From Pelomyxa schiedti (taxonomy: Eukaryota; Protista; Evosea): a stretch of DNA of 50,954 nucleotides. The position numbers were made by a program, and so were the translations under genes. The stretch lies in contig JAHLWZ010000909.1 in the NCBI GenBank assembly GCA_020536535.1, positions 1-50,954 on the forward strand, in the 5' to 3' direction. The notes below the pieces were generated by a model that made no database searches, had not been told where the DNA came from, and was given only the letters and a program-made list of their open reading frames with translations. Below, piece after piece: positions 25,098-37,900 of the stretch. Position 1 is the stretch's first letter. Each line of letters begins with the position of its first letter.

Positions 25098-26289
25098 CTA
25101 GCAGTGATTGGAATAGAAATTGGATGAGGGGGTGGACGAAGCAGAAGAAATGTTTGAGTTGACTGGGGTAGAGAGGGTTTGTGGGGAAGCGCTTGGTGAG
25201 AATTGTGTGGATGAAAGAAAAGGGGAAATGGTGAGGGGAGTGCCGCCCGGTTCTTGTGACTCAAGCAGGACCCATCCTCCTCCCAATCCAAGGAGGTCAC
25301 TTTCCATCCAGTTCTGTTGGGAACCGGGCATCTGGTTCCGTAAATAGGAGAGTTGCTCCATAATTATCCAGCCGCTATAGGCGAGAGTGTGTTTCTGTAT
25401 TCCGCAGATATTAAGTGACGACCATGTGAGAACCTGACATTGGGATGGGTCATTCTGGACCGGGAGGATTCTCCACTCGAACTGAAGCCCCTGGATCTTC
25501 TCCAATAAAAACTGCTTCATGTCAAGGCATATCTCCTTTGTACTGAATTCGTCTGTGCAGCACTGAAAAAGTACCAGAGTAAAACCATCTTGCACAAGGT
25601 CGGAACGTTTTGAGTCTGCCACAAGTTATTAAGAGTGAAGGGATTGAACAAAGTTGCAACTTTTTACATGGCTCTTTAGCCTGAAGAAGGGAGAATAAGC
25701 CACGTAACTCCTCACATCTATTGCCAACTCTAGGTCAGGGATTGGATCACCGAAGTGCCTGTGTGAATTTCACAACGTAGTCACCGCAAGTTGAGTACAT
25801 ACGTTCCAGAAGCACAGCGGGCTTTGAATTGGAAACAATAACGCTCCTGGGGTCCTTCCACATTGGGATGACTGCATACCTCCATCACTTGAATTGTTTT
25901 GACAGGGGTGTTCTTGGTGGTGCACTTTGTACAGTAGGTGACATCTGTTTCCAAGGTAAATTTGAAGTGAAAAGAGTAGTGAAAAACCACAATACCAACA
26001 GGAGCCCCTCCATGAATAGGTACTTTTACCACTCTGCAGTTGTTAATGGCAGTGAGAATTGCAGGAATACTCAGGTTTTGCGTCTTCCTCCATGCAGTGT
26101 CCACCACTACATCCACCTGTCGGCGTTATGGGATGGCACTATTAGTTAACTCGCAGGAGGGTTAAAGAAACACGTATAGAGTGGGCGTGGATGTGGTAGT
26201 GGGAAAAATAATGGGAGGAAGGATACTTGGTAGAGCTTGCACTGCTTAATTACCCTGTCGAAATCCAGGTCGCATATTTCTATTTCCAT
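25098..26289 (-). CDS. Hypothetical protein with a CudA-like (amoebozoan DNA-binding) Cys/His pattern
   Basis: Spliced MEIEICDLDFDRVIKQCKLYQVDVVV...YCTKC...ERYCFQFKARCASGTH...LELAIDV....SPFFRLKS with an S/P-rich tail. The gene model is sound; the family call is from a remembered motif pattern. Confidence 0.5.
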
Positions 26290-26509
26290 TTCTCTCTGCC
26301 GTTGTTAGCGTTCTCTCACTGAGCGCTTTCGGCGTTGGTTTTTTCCCCTTTGTTTTTTTGGGCTTTGCTCTGCGTCGAACCGGGTTCGGCAGGGTGGGAA
26401 TTAACTCCCACGAAAAAACATCACCATGTGCAACGAAACACGTGGAATCTCGATGAAGTTCGACAACACAAAGATTTGGCGCTTTGCCCACAGAAAAGGG
26501 CGTGTTCAA

Positions 26510-28801
26510 TCAAGGCTCATCATATTTCCTTTTTAGAGGCAACACGGGGTCAGGTGTTGAAGGAGTGCTAGTTGTGGATGTGGTTGTAGAACCACCTGTT
26601 TGTGTTGGTGCCGGAACTGGTTTGGGTGTTGTTGGTGGTTGTTGTGTAGTAGTGAGAGTTTCTACAACTACCACCGAAGCTTGTTGTGGCTGTTGCTGGC
26701 CCAATGGTGCGGCCCGGGATGCCCTCCATGTTTCTATCTGCAATACCGTGCAGTTGGTGTTTGGTGCACTATTGTTGTTCTGGCGGAAAAAGTCCAATGC
26801 CAAGTGGGCCTTGTTGCGGTCCTTTTCGTGCATAACAACCACTGCTGTGGTGGAGTTGCACCAGTTGACATTGATGTCCCCAAATGGTTTGAAGAGGTTG
26901 CGGATGTGGGAATATCTCCATTCAGGTGGGAAGTTCTCAATAACAAAGACATGGTCACGGGCAGTGGTCTCTGGTGTAGGGTTACCACAGTTTCCACAAA
27001 TAAACTGTACCTTCTGGTCCTTCCAGGTGGAGATAGGGAGGATCACATTTCATTAAAAAGAGCTTGTTTTTCATGTGAGAAACGGGCTTCAGATCGGGAA
27101 TGGTTGTGGGTTCCCCTGGACTGAGTTAATATAAGATATGTCAACTTTGTTTTTTTAATACTCAGGTGATGAACGAAAGCAGAGAACACCATCCCAGTGC
27201 AGTAAGCATCAAAACCAGCTTCGTGCCAAGACGAGTTTGCACTGGAGTACTTGGGAGTAGTTGATGGAAATTCTATTGTCATAATTTAGAGAAGCCAGCT
27301 AAGCAAACGTACACACCGCTAGTCACAGCGAATGGAGCCTGCTTAATTCTATTGAACAGGTCGGGAAGTGCTGTATAGTTCAACCCCTTTGTTTGTTTTA
27401 GATAAGATGTAAAGACTTCCAAATTACAGGAATTTTAGTGGCCAGTGTGGAGGCTATGAATTTGGTGTCGAAGACCCTGGGTAAAAAATAAAACAAAGGA
27501 AAGTAATACTCAAGTCTTACTGCTGGAATAGTCCATTAACAAGAGCCTTGAATGTTGCGACTGATTCAGGCAGTTTGGGCTCCCAAAATTGGCTCACAAG
27601 GAGGCACACATCCCTTAGCATATTGTGTCCCACAATTGGTTTGTTTGACTGACGTAACAGGGAAACAACTTTAGTGAAACCAACGGCCATATCAAATGCA
27701 CGCTTTAAATGAAAGTGAGGAACTACAGTAAACCAAGATAGTAATAAAATAGTTACTTGGTCTTCCTCCTGCTTTTTCTTTTGGAGAGCGACTTTTTCTT
27801 CATCAGAAGCCCTATGGATCGAAATATATGTATCTGCCGCGCGCTCAGCTTTTACAGATTCAACATATATACCATGCGGGAAACTAGTGGCGCACATGTG
27901 TGCATCAGAGATTCTGAAGTAATAACATACTTGGACTCCAAGGCCTGAAATAAAAGCAGGCGGAGAAAAGAATTACAAGGGGGGAGGGAAAGTGTTTTTT
28001 GATCTGGAGAATTTTTCAACCATTCAGTCACAGTGGCTCTATGAAGTGTCAAGGAGTGTTACAGAGTTGGAGAATTACATTGTTGAGTCAACGAAAGGTT
28101 TGTTTTCCCCAACAGGGACTGGCTCACTTTGAACAGCACGGAGTTCCATTTTTCTTTTAAGGTCATTCTCCTGAGACGGGGTCAGATATCCAATCCCTTA
28201 TAACAATATAAGTCTGTGTTACCACTAATTTGTGTCATAAGTCAAACCATGGTTGAAAAGCTTATTGAAATCGAATCCAGTGGAAGCCAAAAATGCCAGA
28301 CTTGAACTTTGACACATGAACCTCCTATCACAGGCATCGCGGTTCATGGGTGCCGGGAAAATATAGAAGTTGAATGGTGTTGCCACGAAACTACAAAGAA
28401 TAAGAACAAAGTGCACCTAAATAAAACCTACGTGTTCTTGTCACTATTCCACTTGAAAGGGCACAAGCCCACTTGGATAATCAAAAAGTTGTCACTAATG
28501 GAACTTGACCGTATCTTGGAGTATCGATCTTGGACAGTATCAAGCATACTTTCTTGGTCTTGCTCGCTACTGAGGCCTACACGGCAATGATACAGTCAAA
28601 ATGAGCATGCAGATCACGAAAAAGAGTGTAAAAAAGGGGAAAGGAGGGTACCAGTTAATTCAGTATCAATCGCAACGAAGTCAGACTGCTGAATGGCCTC
28701 CTCGATAATAGGGAGAGACTCCAGAAAGTCTGTACCGCAAACGCATAAAAACCCATGCATAGAGCTATTGGGCGTAACACACTTTCTCGAACGACATCCA
28801 T
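26510..28801 (-). CDS. PARN: Poly(A)-specific ribonuclease PARN (CAF1/DEDDh nuclease, R3H-like insert, RRM)
   Basis: FVAIDTELTG; PFNFYIFP; SSLAFLASTGFDFNK; PPCNSFLRLL; IVGHNMLRD; FDTK; HEAGFDA; RRM RDHVFVIENFPPEW...FGDINVNW. Confidence 0.93.
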
Positions 28802-28901
28802 CCCCACGTAGAACCAGAACAGCAAGAGGTTTGGTTTTTTTATGCGATTTGAGGATCTGGATTTCGAAGCGATAATTGATTGACAGGCGCGCAGGGCAAT
28901 A
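28802..28901. promoter_or_regulatory. Probable bidirectional promoter, PARN / ARP10
   Basis: Divergent ATGs only 100 bp apart. Confidence 0.6.
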
Positions 28902-30294
28902 ATGTCACGTACGGGATGCTGCGTAGCTGTTTTGCAAACTGGGAGCAGGTACACGAGGCTAGGGGTTGCCGGCGAGCTTCATCCAAGGGCAATTATGGGA
29001 CCGTTGCCTAGTGACCCCCGACTTTTGTTCTTATTCCTCAGGGACGCTTTCATTGACACACTGTTCGTTAGTCTCCTATTTTTACTTTCTGTTTTCCCTG
29101 TTCATTGCTGCAGCTACTACGAGATATGCTAATTTCGTTGCCATTAGACTTCACCATCAGACTGCATTGTTGTTGTGTGCGAGAATTTGATGACACCGAC
29201 ACCGACACGTCAGTTGTTGGCCTCGACTCTTCTCAGAAAGCTGGGGTCTCGGTCTCTGCATTTTGTCCAAAGTGAATGCATCTGTGCATTGACTCCATGT
29301 CCCACAATCCCATTCCGCTCCAGCGCCGTCAGCGTATCCGACGCGCTGCCATCGCCCGATTCCTTGGGAACTGAGAAACCTACCCTCGCTGTGACGGATA
29401 AAGTCCGTCTTTCTCAGCTGGACAACTTACTGGTTGTTGACATTGGATACTGTGAGTCCAGGGTTCTGCCAGTTTGTCACGGCTACGCCGTCACCCCCGC
29501 ACTGGAGACATCCCACATTGGCATGAAATCCATTCTGCGCAACTTGCGCGAGACGATGGAATCAAGCGGCGAAATCGAGGGCCAGCGCGCAGCCCAGTCC
29601 TGCAACGGCGTCACGACCCTGTGGGAAGAGATTCTCTCGCAGTGCTGTTTCGTGCAACCAAAGGAAGACAGCGGCGCATCACCCCCGCCTTCGGCGAAAT
29701 CAACCCCCGGCCAGGTGCATTGGCGCCAGGCCCGCGGCGTGCCGTACGTTCAGATTGCCGTGCCGGCCAGCGTGCGTTCAGCAGTTTTCGAACCTTTATT
29801 CAAGGGCGATGACGACGCTGCTACAGGGTCTCTTCAGCGCCTAATTTTGGACTCCCTGCTGAAGTGCCCGATTGACCTCAGATATTCATTAGCCCAAAGT
29901 AAGCGCCGCTGTGCATTCCCATAAAATAACCTTTATGGCAGATATCCTGTTGATTGGCGGTGGTAGTAACGCTCCGGGGATTCATTGGCGGCTTTCACAG
30001 GAACTAACAAGTTGCTGTCAACTCACATCGCCGATGATTCCAAACTACCGGCCTCTCACATCACTGCATTGGAACTTTCCACAAACACACACAGACACCC
30101 CAGTTCACTTCTCAGGCCATTTGATGTCCTGGGTTGGGGCTTCACTCTACTCCACTACAATCAGCACACTACCGGCTGACGAGGAGGATTCTTCTGAACC
30201 AAAGCCCAATGTTGTTACACTCCAATCTCTGGACAAGAATGGGCTGCCTGACTGGACCAAACGACCCATCGCATTTACCCCTTCAATGGACTGA
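28902..30294 (+). CDS. ACTR10: Actin-related protein 10 (dynactin Arp10/Arp11)
   Basis: GSRYTRLGVAGE..PR; LVVDIGYCESRVLPV; ILDSLLKCPIDLR..LAQ; LLIGGG; SWVGAS. Confidence 0.85.
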
Positions 30295-30419
30295 TTTTTA
30301 AATTTCAAAAAAAGTTTTAAAAAACCCTTCATTTTTTCATTTGTTATGGTTTAGTATTGCACACTTAGTGGGGGCAGCCAGTAGAATTAGAGGGCAGTGA
30401 GTAATGCTCAGAGGAAAAA

Positions 30420-31110
30420 ATGCACAGGAAACAACATGTTGTGGCATTGCGACTTACACACCATCTCTTGGAGCCATTGACGATAGCATCTGTGGAAACG
30501 CCAAGTGGCACTCAGGTAAGGTTCTTTGTTATTGCATGTTTCTGACTTGATTATTTTTTGTTAGTGTGATTACTTTCCTACTGGACTGCTTCATGCTGGC
30601 GAGGACCTTTTGTTAGTTGCATCCAAGTACTTATTACCTCTGACCTTTTTGATTTATACTCTTGGGTAGCTAAAAGTGTGGTTAGAAAAATCTCGGGGTT
30701 GATGCCAACAGGCCTGTGCCTTTTTGTTGTTAGAATGAATATCATAATGCCGGGTCTTCCTACTTTGCATCTGAAAATAGGGTATGGTGAAACCACAGTT
30801 GCATTCGCTCAATGACACATTATAGGGCACATAAGGGTGTCACAGAAATTGAAACCACTCCACCTGTGCCTCATTCAGTAACAGTGGGAAAATGGAGTTC
30901 ATCCAGCTTTGAAGTGTTCACCCAACAACAATTAGGGGATATAAGCCGGGTGGCCATCAGCATATGGTGTGTTGTGACAACAGTTCTACTAAATGTGATA
31001 TTGTACCGTAATACAACAAACCTTTATTGCTTGCTAATTGATCATCTTCAGCCCTCCTGGGTCTAGTAGTACTCCATGCCTCAATTTACCACCTGTTACT
31101 GCCTTACATG
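30420..31110 (+). pseudogene. Heavily decayed integrase-core (IS481/IS3-like DDE) transposase remnant followed by a PHD-like finger
   Basis: NNMLWHCDLH (W at 30442), then frameshifted LGAIDDS (30467-30487); later GVTEIETTPPVPHS/NSGKME; then MVCCDN...CYCLTC. Many stops. Confidence 0.4.
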
Positions 31111-31335
31111 CAGCCAACGTTTCTCGTTCTTCAGCTAGTGATACTGCCTTAGTCTCCGGTGGTCAAGTAACTGCAGCTCCACTGACTGCCCAGGCTCCCC
31201 ATAACACTCCACTACAGAAAGTGGTTGAGCAGTGCATATTGATCTAGTCCCACCCAGAGTGTAGAAGTGAGAGTGATTGATTGTATGACTGCAAGGGAGA
31301 GTAATTTCATGCTTGAAAAGAAAAGAATCTATTTG

Positions 31336-33067
31336 TTAATTGGTGGCCATTTCAACCAGATTTTGGAAGGTGAGGTTAAGAAGCTGCTGCATGGTATCTG
31401 GCTGATAGGCCGGGTGGGAATAGGTTGTGGTTGCATTCAACTGTGGATGCGGACCTCCGATTGTGTAGAAGTGCAACATGTAACCAAATGGCTCTCCAGT
31501 TCTATGTTCCCTGTTTAGGGTTGTGCGGAGCCATAATCCCTCAAGTACTACAGTTGGCCTGGGGTCAGTTGCTCCAAGAGATTGGAATTCAGGAACTGAG
31601 ATTAGGCCAATATTTGACACATTCAAGCCTGCCTTGAGAGACCAGTTTTTATTTTTACCTTCTATCATTGCCTTCAAATGCCAGTAGTGCTCCTCCTGTT
31701 AACTGCTTAGTTTTGGTGCCAAAAGGGATTGGGATTCACTTTCAGTTCTTGATTGAGGAAGCCACTGTGTTTGGAAGCTAATTCCCATAGTCCTTCAGTA
31801 CCGGTGTGCTCACATCCCCAGAAAAGAGGTGCACTTGCCAGAGTCAAGCCTTTGTTTTTTTGGACTCAGGTAAGTGCACAAGCTGGCAAGAGAAGGAAAT
31901 ATTACAATTGTCATCCATTGGTGGATTGAGGAACTTCCGGAAGATACAAGGCACCATAGAAACAAAATAATGAGGAAGTGGTTGGCTCCGGTCTGTAAGA
32001 ATGCTGGAAAGTGCTTTCAGAGTTGCCACCATTATTGCTGCCTGCATTGAAACCCCACGGAGCTTGGCAACTTGTAACAATTTAACTGTGAGGGTACTGT
32101 CAAGTTGTTGATAGACAGAGCGGTATTTGGCAAGTGATAGATCTTCCACTGGCAATGGAGCAAGTTCATGGGAGGTAGGTAGAGAGCGCCCTTCAGAACA
32201 ATCCGGTGTAGGAGCAGCTTCCACAGGATTAAGGAAAGGAATTTTATCGATAATCCTGGAGGTACTAGGAACGGTGGAATGCATTTGCATTACAATGTCA
32301 TTTAAATAGCTCATAAACTCTCGATAGACAAATGTGAGACATTTTCCATCACTTATAGCATGGTTCACACTGCAATATGGAATAAATTTAGATACTGTAC
32401 ACTTGGTCAGACCTGAAAATGACATCAGATAGGCCTCCTTCCATGGGGAATACGTCGTAAAAGAGCAGCTTGGTTTCATTTAGATGTTTAATCGGACCGT
32501 TTTATAGTAGCGTACACATTCAGCATCATTTCTCTTCAGTGTACTGACAAACTGGGCCTTATCCTCCCAAGATGTCACCGACCAACCAGAATGAAATGTC
32601 ACAGAAGGTGAGCGACTCTTCCTTACGAACCTATGAACCAATTCACTTTACTAAAGAAACAAAGCATTAAAAGCAAACAACACTGCCCAAGTGTTAACAC
32701 AGTAAATTAGGGAGTTTTGAGAAGAAAAGGAAAAAAACAAAAAAAACAAGGAAAAACAAAAAAAAAAAAAACCCACGAACTTGGCAGTAGCGGGGGAGTC
32801 AGAGTCCACGATGGCGAACGAAGCCGCGTCGTACCGCCGCTGTACGAGATCCGCCGCACCGCTCACAGCCCTGACCACGAAATCGTCATGTCTGGAATCC
32901 GCCGTGCACGCTTCGCCGGTGGGCGCGACTGTACTGGCCGAGGCTGATATCCTGAGTCGAAACACCACCATCACGTAGAATGGCCTCATAACCCACTCGT
33001 AAAGGTGCATGCCCCGCACCACCTCATCCCCGCTCGACTCTGTGTCATTGTTATTCATCCCACTCAT
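31336..33067 (-). CDS. CoA-dependent acyltransferase (condensation / alcohol acetyltransferase / PapA5-like)
   Basis: HxxxDG motif VNHAISDG; LLQVAKLRGVSMQAAIMVA; NVSNIG; C-terminal LNATTTY...TMQQLL. Confidence 0.8.
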
Positions 33068-33286
33068 GCAACCCTCCTCCGTGATCAAAACCAACTTTTT
33101 CTCAGTCTTTCCTCAGGAAAAGTTGGTTTTAGACGCGGAGGAGCGTTGTGGGCGCGTTGTTGTTGTTTTGTGCGGAAGAGGGGAATAAAAATTAAAAAAA
33201 CCTCCTCCTTTTTGGTTAACCAAAAACGCTCATTCAACGAATGTTGGATGACGAGAGGGTTCGCTTTTGTTGTGTTTGTTTGGGGT

Positions 33287-34843
33287 TCATGACTTTGCTT
33301 TACGTGGAGCGGGGGCATAGCTGAAGACTGAGGATGTGAGAGTGGGAGCTGCTACCCTGGGTGATTTTGTTGGACGTGTGAGAGTTGGGGTTGGTGTTGG
33401 TGTTGGTGTTGCTTTTTCTGTGTGTGTATTGCCATTTGTTGTGGTGGGTGCTTTGGTGGCGGCTTTGGGATTTTGTATTGTTGGGAGTTGCGGTTTTCCT
33501 CCTTGCAGTACACTGATGATGCCAGACTTAGAGGCCTCTGCTACAATCAAACCCTTTTTCTCAGCCTTTCTACGCATCTTTAGTTGTTGTTTTTTGGCTT
33601 TCACAGCGTTGTAAAAGTTTATGTATCCTTGCCGTGCCAGTCCGAGAAGTGCTCGGTCTTCCTCATCGGTGTTACTGGATGGATACACATGGTCTTTATC
33701 AGCAATGAGTTTTTTCAGCCTATTTCTGTGAGACCAAAAGAAGAAAAAGAAGGCCCAAACTGTGTGTTGTCGGAGACATCTCTGTTGTGCTCCTTTGCAG
33801 ACAATGACTTTTCCTCCAAGTGAGTACCACTCAACATAGGGTCTGAAAGACTGGCTGTGTCCCGGTGCAAAACCTGGAAGGTTGTACTGGTGAGTATTCA
33901 TAGTGGTGAAGGCTGAAGCTGACCCGCGAGATAGCCTCAGAAAAGGATTTCCCTTTTTTTTCTGTGAACTCGTTGGAACCCTTTTGCCTTTGGTAAATTG
34001 GAACAACCACAGGTTCCAGTATGGCATGATCAAGGGGTTGTAGAGAAAGAGGCAGAGTCGTGGGATTATCACTTGGATTCTCCTCTTTGACAATGGGAGT
34101 CTCCTCCTGTACCAGGGAGTTCTCCTCTTTTTTTACAATGGAATCGCTTTTCAAGTTGTCTGCTCCATCGTCCTTTGGTATTTGGAAGCCGTCTCCATCA
34201 CTGTCATCTTCCTCTATTCCAGATTTGTACGACTCGGAGCGGGATTTCTTTACTTTTCTAGGTTCTAGAATCTCTGCAGTACTTGGCCCCGTTAGAATAA
34301 AGATAGTGAGGTCTATTCACTCCGACTCTAGTAGAACGTATAATAACTAAATAACTTACGCACTCCTCGTCATCTTTGAGAATATCTTCGTCATCCAGGT
34401 CATCCGACTTATCATCAGCAAAATCTCCATCACCTTTCCCGTCCACTCCCTTTTCCATATCCCATATTCCAGTGAATCCAGCTGATCAAAAAAACAACGC
34501 ATATTAACGTCAGAGCTCCACATAGGAGGGAGAGGGAGGAAAAGAAAAGCACACCGGCTCTGGCCCTCTTCCTTGCAGATTTAATCAACTCCTCCTCGTC
34601 CACCGGGGCCAACTTGTCTTCTTCTTCGTCGCGGCGCCCGCGCCTTCGCTTAGCCACTACGTTGCCCTTCCTTATTCTCCTCTCCTCCTTCTCGGTCAGG
34701 AAACTTACAACGCTGCCGCCCTTGTCGCCGCCCCTCTGTCCAACCGCAGATCTCGGCGGCCTTCGCCCCACGGTGCCCTTGTTCTCCCCGTGCCTCCATC
34801 TCACGACACCGGCCACACGAACTTGCGGCCCGGCTTTCTGCAT
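33287..34843 (-). CDS. RRP15: RRP15-like ribosome biogenesis protein
   Basis: Spliced FSEAISRVL...DPMLS and DKDHVYP...EEDRALLGLARQGYINFYNAVK match the Rrp15 pattern (RVKP...ER.L..IATRGVVQLFNAV). Acidic/basic N-terminus. Confidence 0.7.
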
Positions 34844-34978
34844 CGTACGAGTCGGTTTTTTATTTCTTTTTTGATTTGCAGTTGCCACGCAGGGTAATTA
34901 GTGCTAATTAACGCGATCTGTTGGGTTGTATGTATTCGACAACGAAAACAGGGTATCCTTATCCTATCTTACTATTTT

Positions 34979-37900
34979 TCATGGCTTCAGTCTTGATGTG
35001 GTGAGGCTGATGAGGTCTCCCAGATATTTCTTGTACAAAAACTGAGGGAGTTCTGGGATAGTGTAAATGAGGCCGTTGTCTGCTGTTGTTGTGGATGGTG
35101 ATTGAGAAGCAGTTGCAGCTGTTTGTTGTTCTGCTGAAGTTGGGGTGGTGCTGCTTGGTGATGTGGAAGAAGAAGCACTTGTGGGTGGTGTTGTGAGTGA
35201 AATTCTCCAGCCGGGTGTGGGTGGTAGTGCCTCTTCCTCGTCGTCTGATTCTGCACGCGGTTCTGGAATTTCATCATCACTGCTGCTGTTGTTGCTGCTG
35301 CTATCACCAATGATGATTACGCTGTCACTGCTGTGCTTGTGCCGGTGCTTGTGCTTTTTCTTGTGTTTGTGCTTGTGGTTGTGATGCAGTTTTTTGTCAG
35401 AGTGACCAGTGTCAATTCGTCGCCGCTTAACTTGTTCTGCTGCGGCACTGAGGGAACTGCCGCCGGTATTTGCGGGGATTTGAAAAGCTTCGTCTTTGTG
35501 AACCGGGATGCAGTCACTGCGTTCAAAGTGTATACCACAACATTGCATAAGTTGTTCTGCTGCCTCAACAGATTGGCAAATTCCCTGTTTGTTTAAATTC
35601 AGTGAGAAGCTTTAAGATAAAAGCTGCTTACCTTGACAAACATTCCCCATAAGAAGGATTCAACTCCCACAAACCACAGCACTTCCGAGTCAAAACTGGC
35701 CCAAGGTTTTGCTTTACTTTCCACGTGTTTTAAGTGGGGATGAAAGCTTGCTATGATTGCAAAATCAGTAGTGTGCCATTGGCGCACAAGCTGCATCAAA
35801 GGAGTATCCTGCAAATGTGTGACAGCCATACTAGGTGAACATTGAGGCAGAGCATCGAGTTTTGAGGGAGAGGTGAGTATTGATGGTAGAGGCTTATGTG
35901 GTACAGGAAATCCTATCTGAGCATTGGAGAATATTGGATGTTTGGAGCGTAAGTAATCGGCCATTTGCCGGATAACAGGCTCAGGTGTGACTATGGTTTA
36001 GTGTTAGTACACAAACGGAAAATAGTTTGCTACCTTGGTCCTCTCCAAACAAAGCCCTTGCAACATCAGTGGGATGTGTTAAAAGTGTGTTGCAGCATAG
36101 AGCAGACTCAAAACCAACAACAGTTTTGCTCCCAGAATGAGAGGGTGCAGATGGAAGTGGAGAATCCCAGTCGACGTGAAGCACAAGGTGACCAATCGTT
36201 GGTTCCAGCTCGAGATTCTAAATCTCTGTTACATAATCATAAATCAATTAAGTCCAGATAGAGCACCTTTGACCATGTTCTCATGAGGAAAAGCATTTCA
36301 CTTGGAGAGAGGAGATGAATCAAGTTATCTAACATACTCGAAAGTGGAACAGTGTCAATATAATCGCCAATAACAGATACAACTGCCTGGCAAGTTGGGT
36401 CAGAGGAGTGCCTGAAGTAGCAGTGAGTTGCCTTTTTTCGTTTACTGAATGTGGGTGGAGGAAGAAATTCAGACGTACTGGTAAAGCTTGATTTTGTCAC
36501 GCAAGAGATCGGCGAAAAAGATGTAATCTATGCACAGGAAATCCCCACTTGCTATGCACTCCTTGAATTGCTCTGATTCCCAGAAACTGAGTGGTAATAA
36601 GAATTTCGAGGAAAGAGAATTTGAGTTTGGGAATTGCTCTTGGGGGTATGTAGCACACTTTCAGCACCCACACAATAGATACTTTCCTATGTGGGGAATA
36701 TCTTGGTGCTTAGGTTTTTGCCAACATTAATAGGGAAGAGGTAGTCTCTTGCTCATCCCATAGATGAGATGGTTGGCGGATAGTGTACTGAAGAAGTGGA
36801 GTAAAGTAAAACTGAGACATACTGAAGGTCTCTCGAAAGAACATTGTTTATGGCCTTATGAACATCGAGTTCCATCATAAGATGCCGCTTGTGCGCTGCC
36901 AGACCTGAATAGAGTAAGGTATTATTGGAATTGAGGGTTTCTGGGTTACCTGGAGGATTGTGGCGCTTCCCAGACCACTGCAACTGGTCCCATAATGTTT
37001 CTCGGTGAGAAAACAAATAGTGCTCCAGTGCCATAGCACCAAATTTGGGTTGGCCTGTGAAGGAAAAGTGGCAGAACCACTGTCTGCATAAGGGTGTTAG
37101 ACCATTCATTTTTGACAGGTATATTTTACGTTATTCTGTCATCGTGAAAACAAAAGAAATTCTTGAACATATCTGCTTCGCTCAGAAAGGCGGCTTGAGC
37201 AACCTACAAAATGTTTAAGATGAAGTTTCATTAAGTATCAGTACCTTGGAGGGGGAGTGTTCCATCACAAGACAAAGAAACTGCTGTGCGAGTTCACTGT
37301 GGGCAATGTGGTTAGGTCATTACAAACTGATGAATTTCCCTCCCGAAAGAAACAGCGCCAAATTGTGTACCTCCTTGAAGAAACCAAAAGTTCAAAGATG
37401 GAACTTTTCTTCAGGGCAGACGACGGAGAAAGGGATGCCAAAGTCTCAACAAAAAACAGCATAAGCTCACTCCTTCCCATTAAACCTTGCTTTCTTGTTC
37501 CCGTTCCTGTTCCTGTTTCTCGGTTAGTAAGCACATACAACGAATATCTTTAGCCAACTCATATAGAATATCGCCACCATTACTAGTACACTCCCAGTAC
37601 CCATAATATTACAACTCCAATCTCGCGGTGATATCACACGCACTTCGAGGCTCCGCAGACCGCGCATGCCCCGACGACGACGAAGAAGAAGAAGAAGCAT
37701 ACGAAGAAGACGAAGACGACGAGGGAGGAGGAACCAAGGCCTGGCACACAGAAATAGCAGCCTCCCTAGCACAGTCCCTCATTCTCCCGGCCTCGTCTCC
37801 TCTCCCGCCCCCGGCCCCGCTCTCACGGGTACTCGCGCTGCTATTCCTATTCCCACCACCCGCCGAGGCTCCTGCCCCGCCGCCGGAACCAGGCGAGGGG

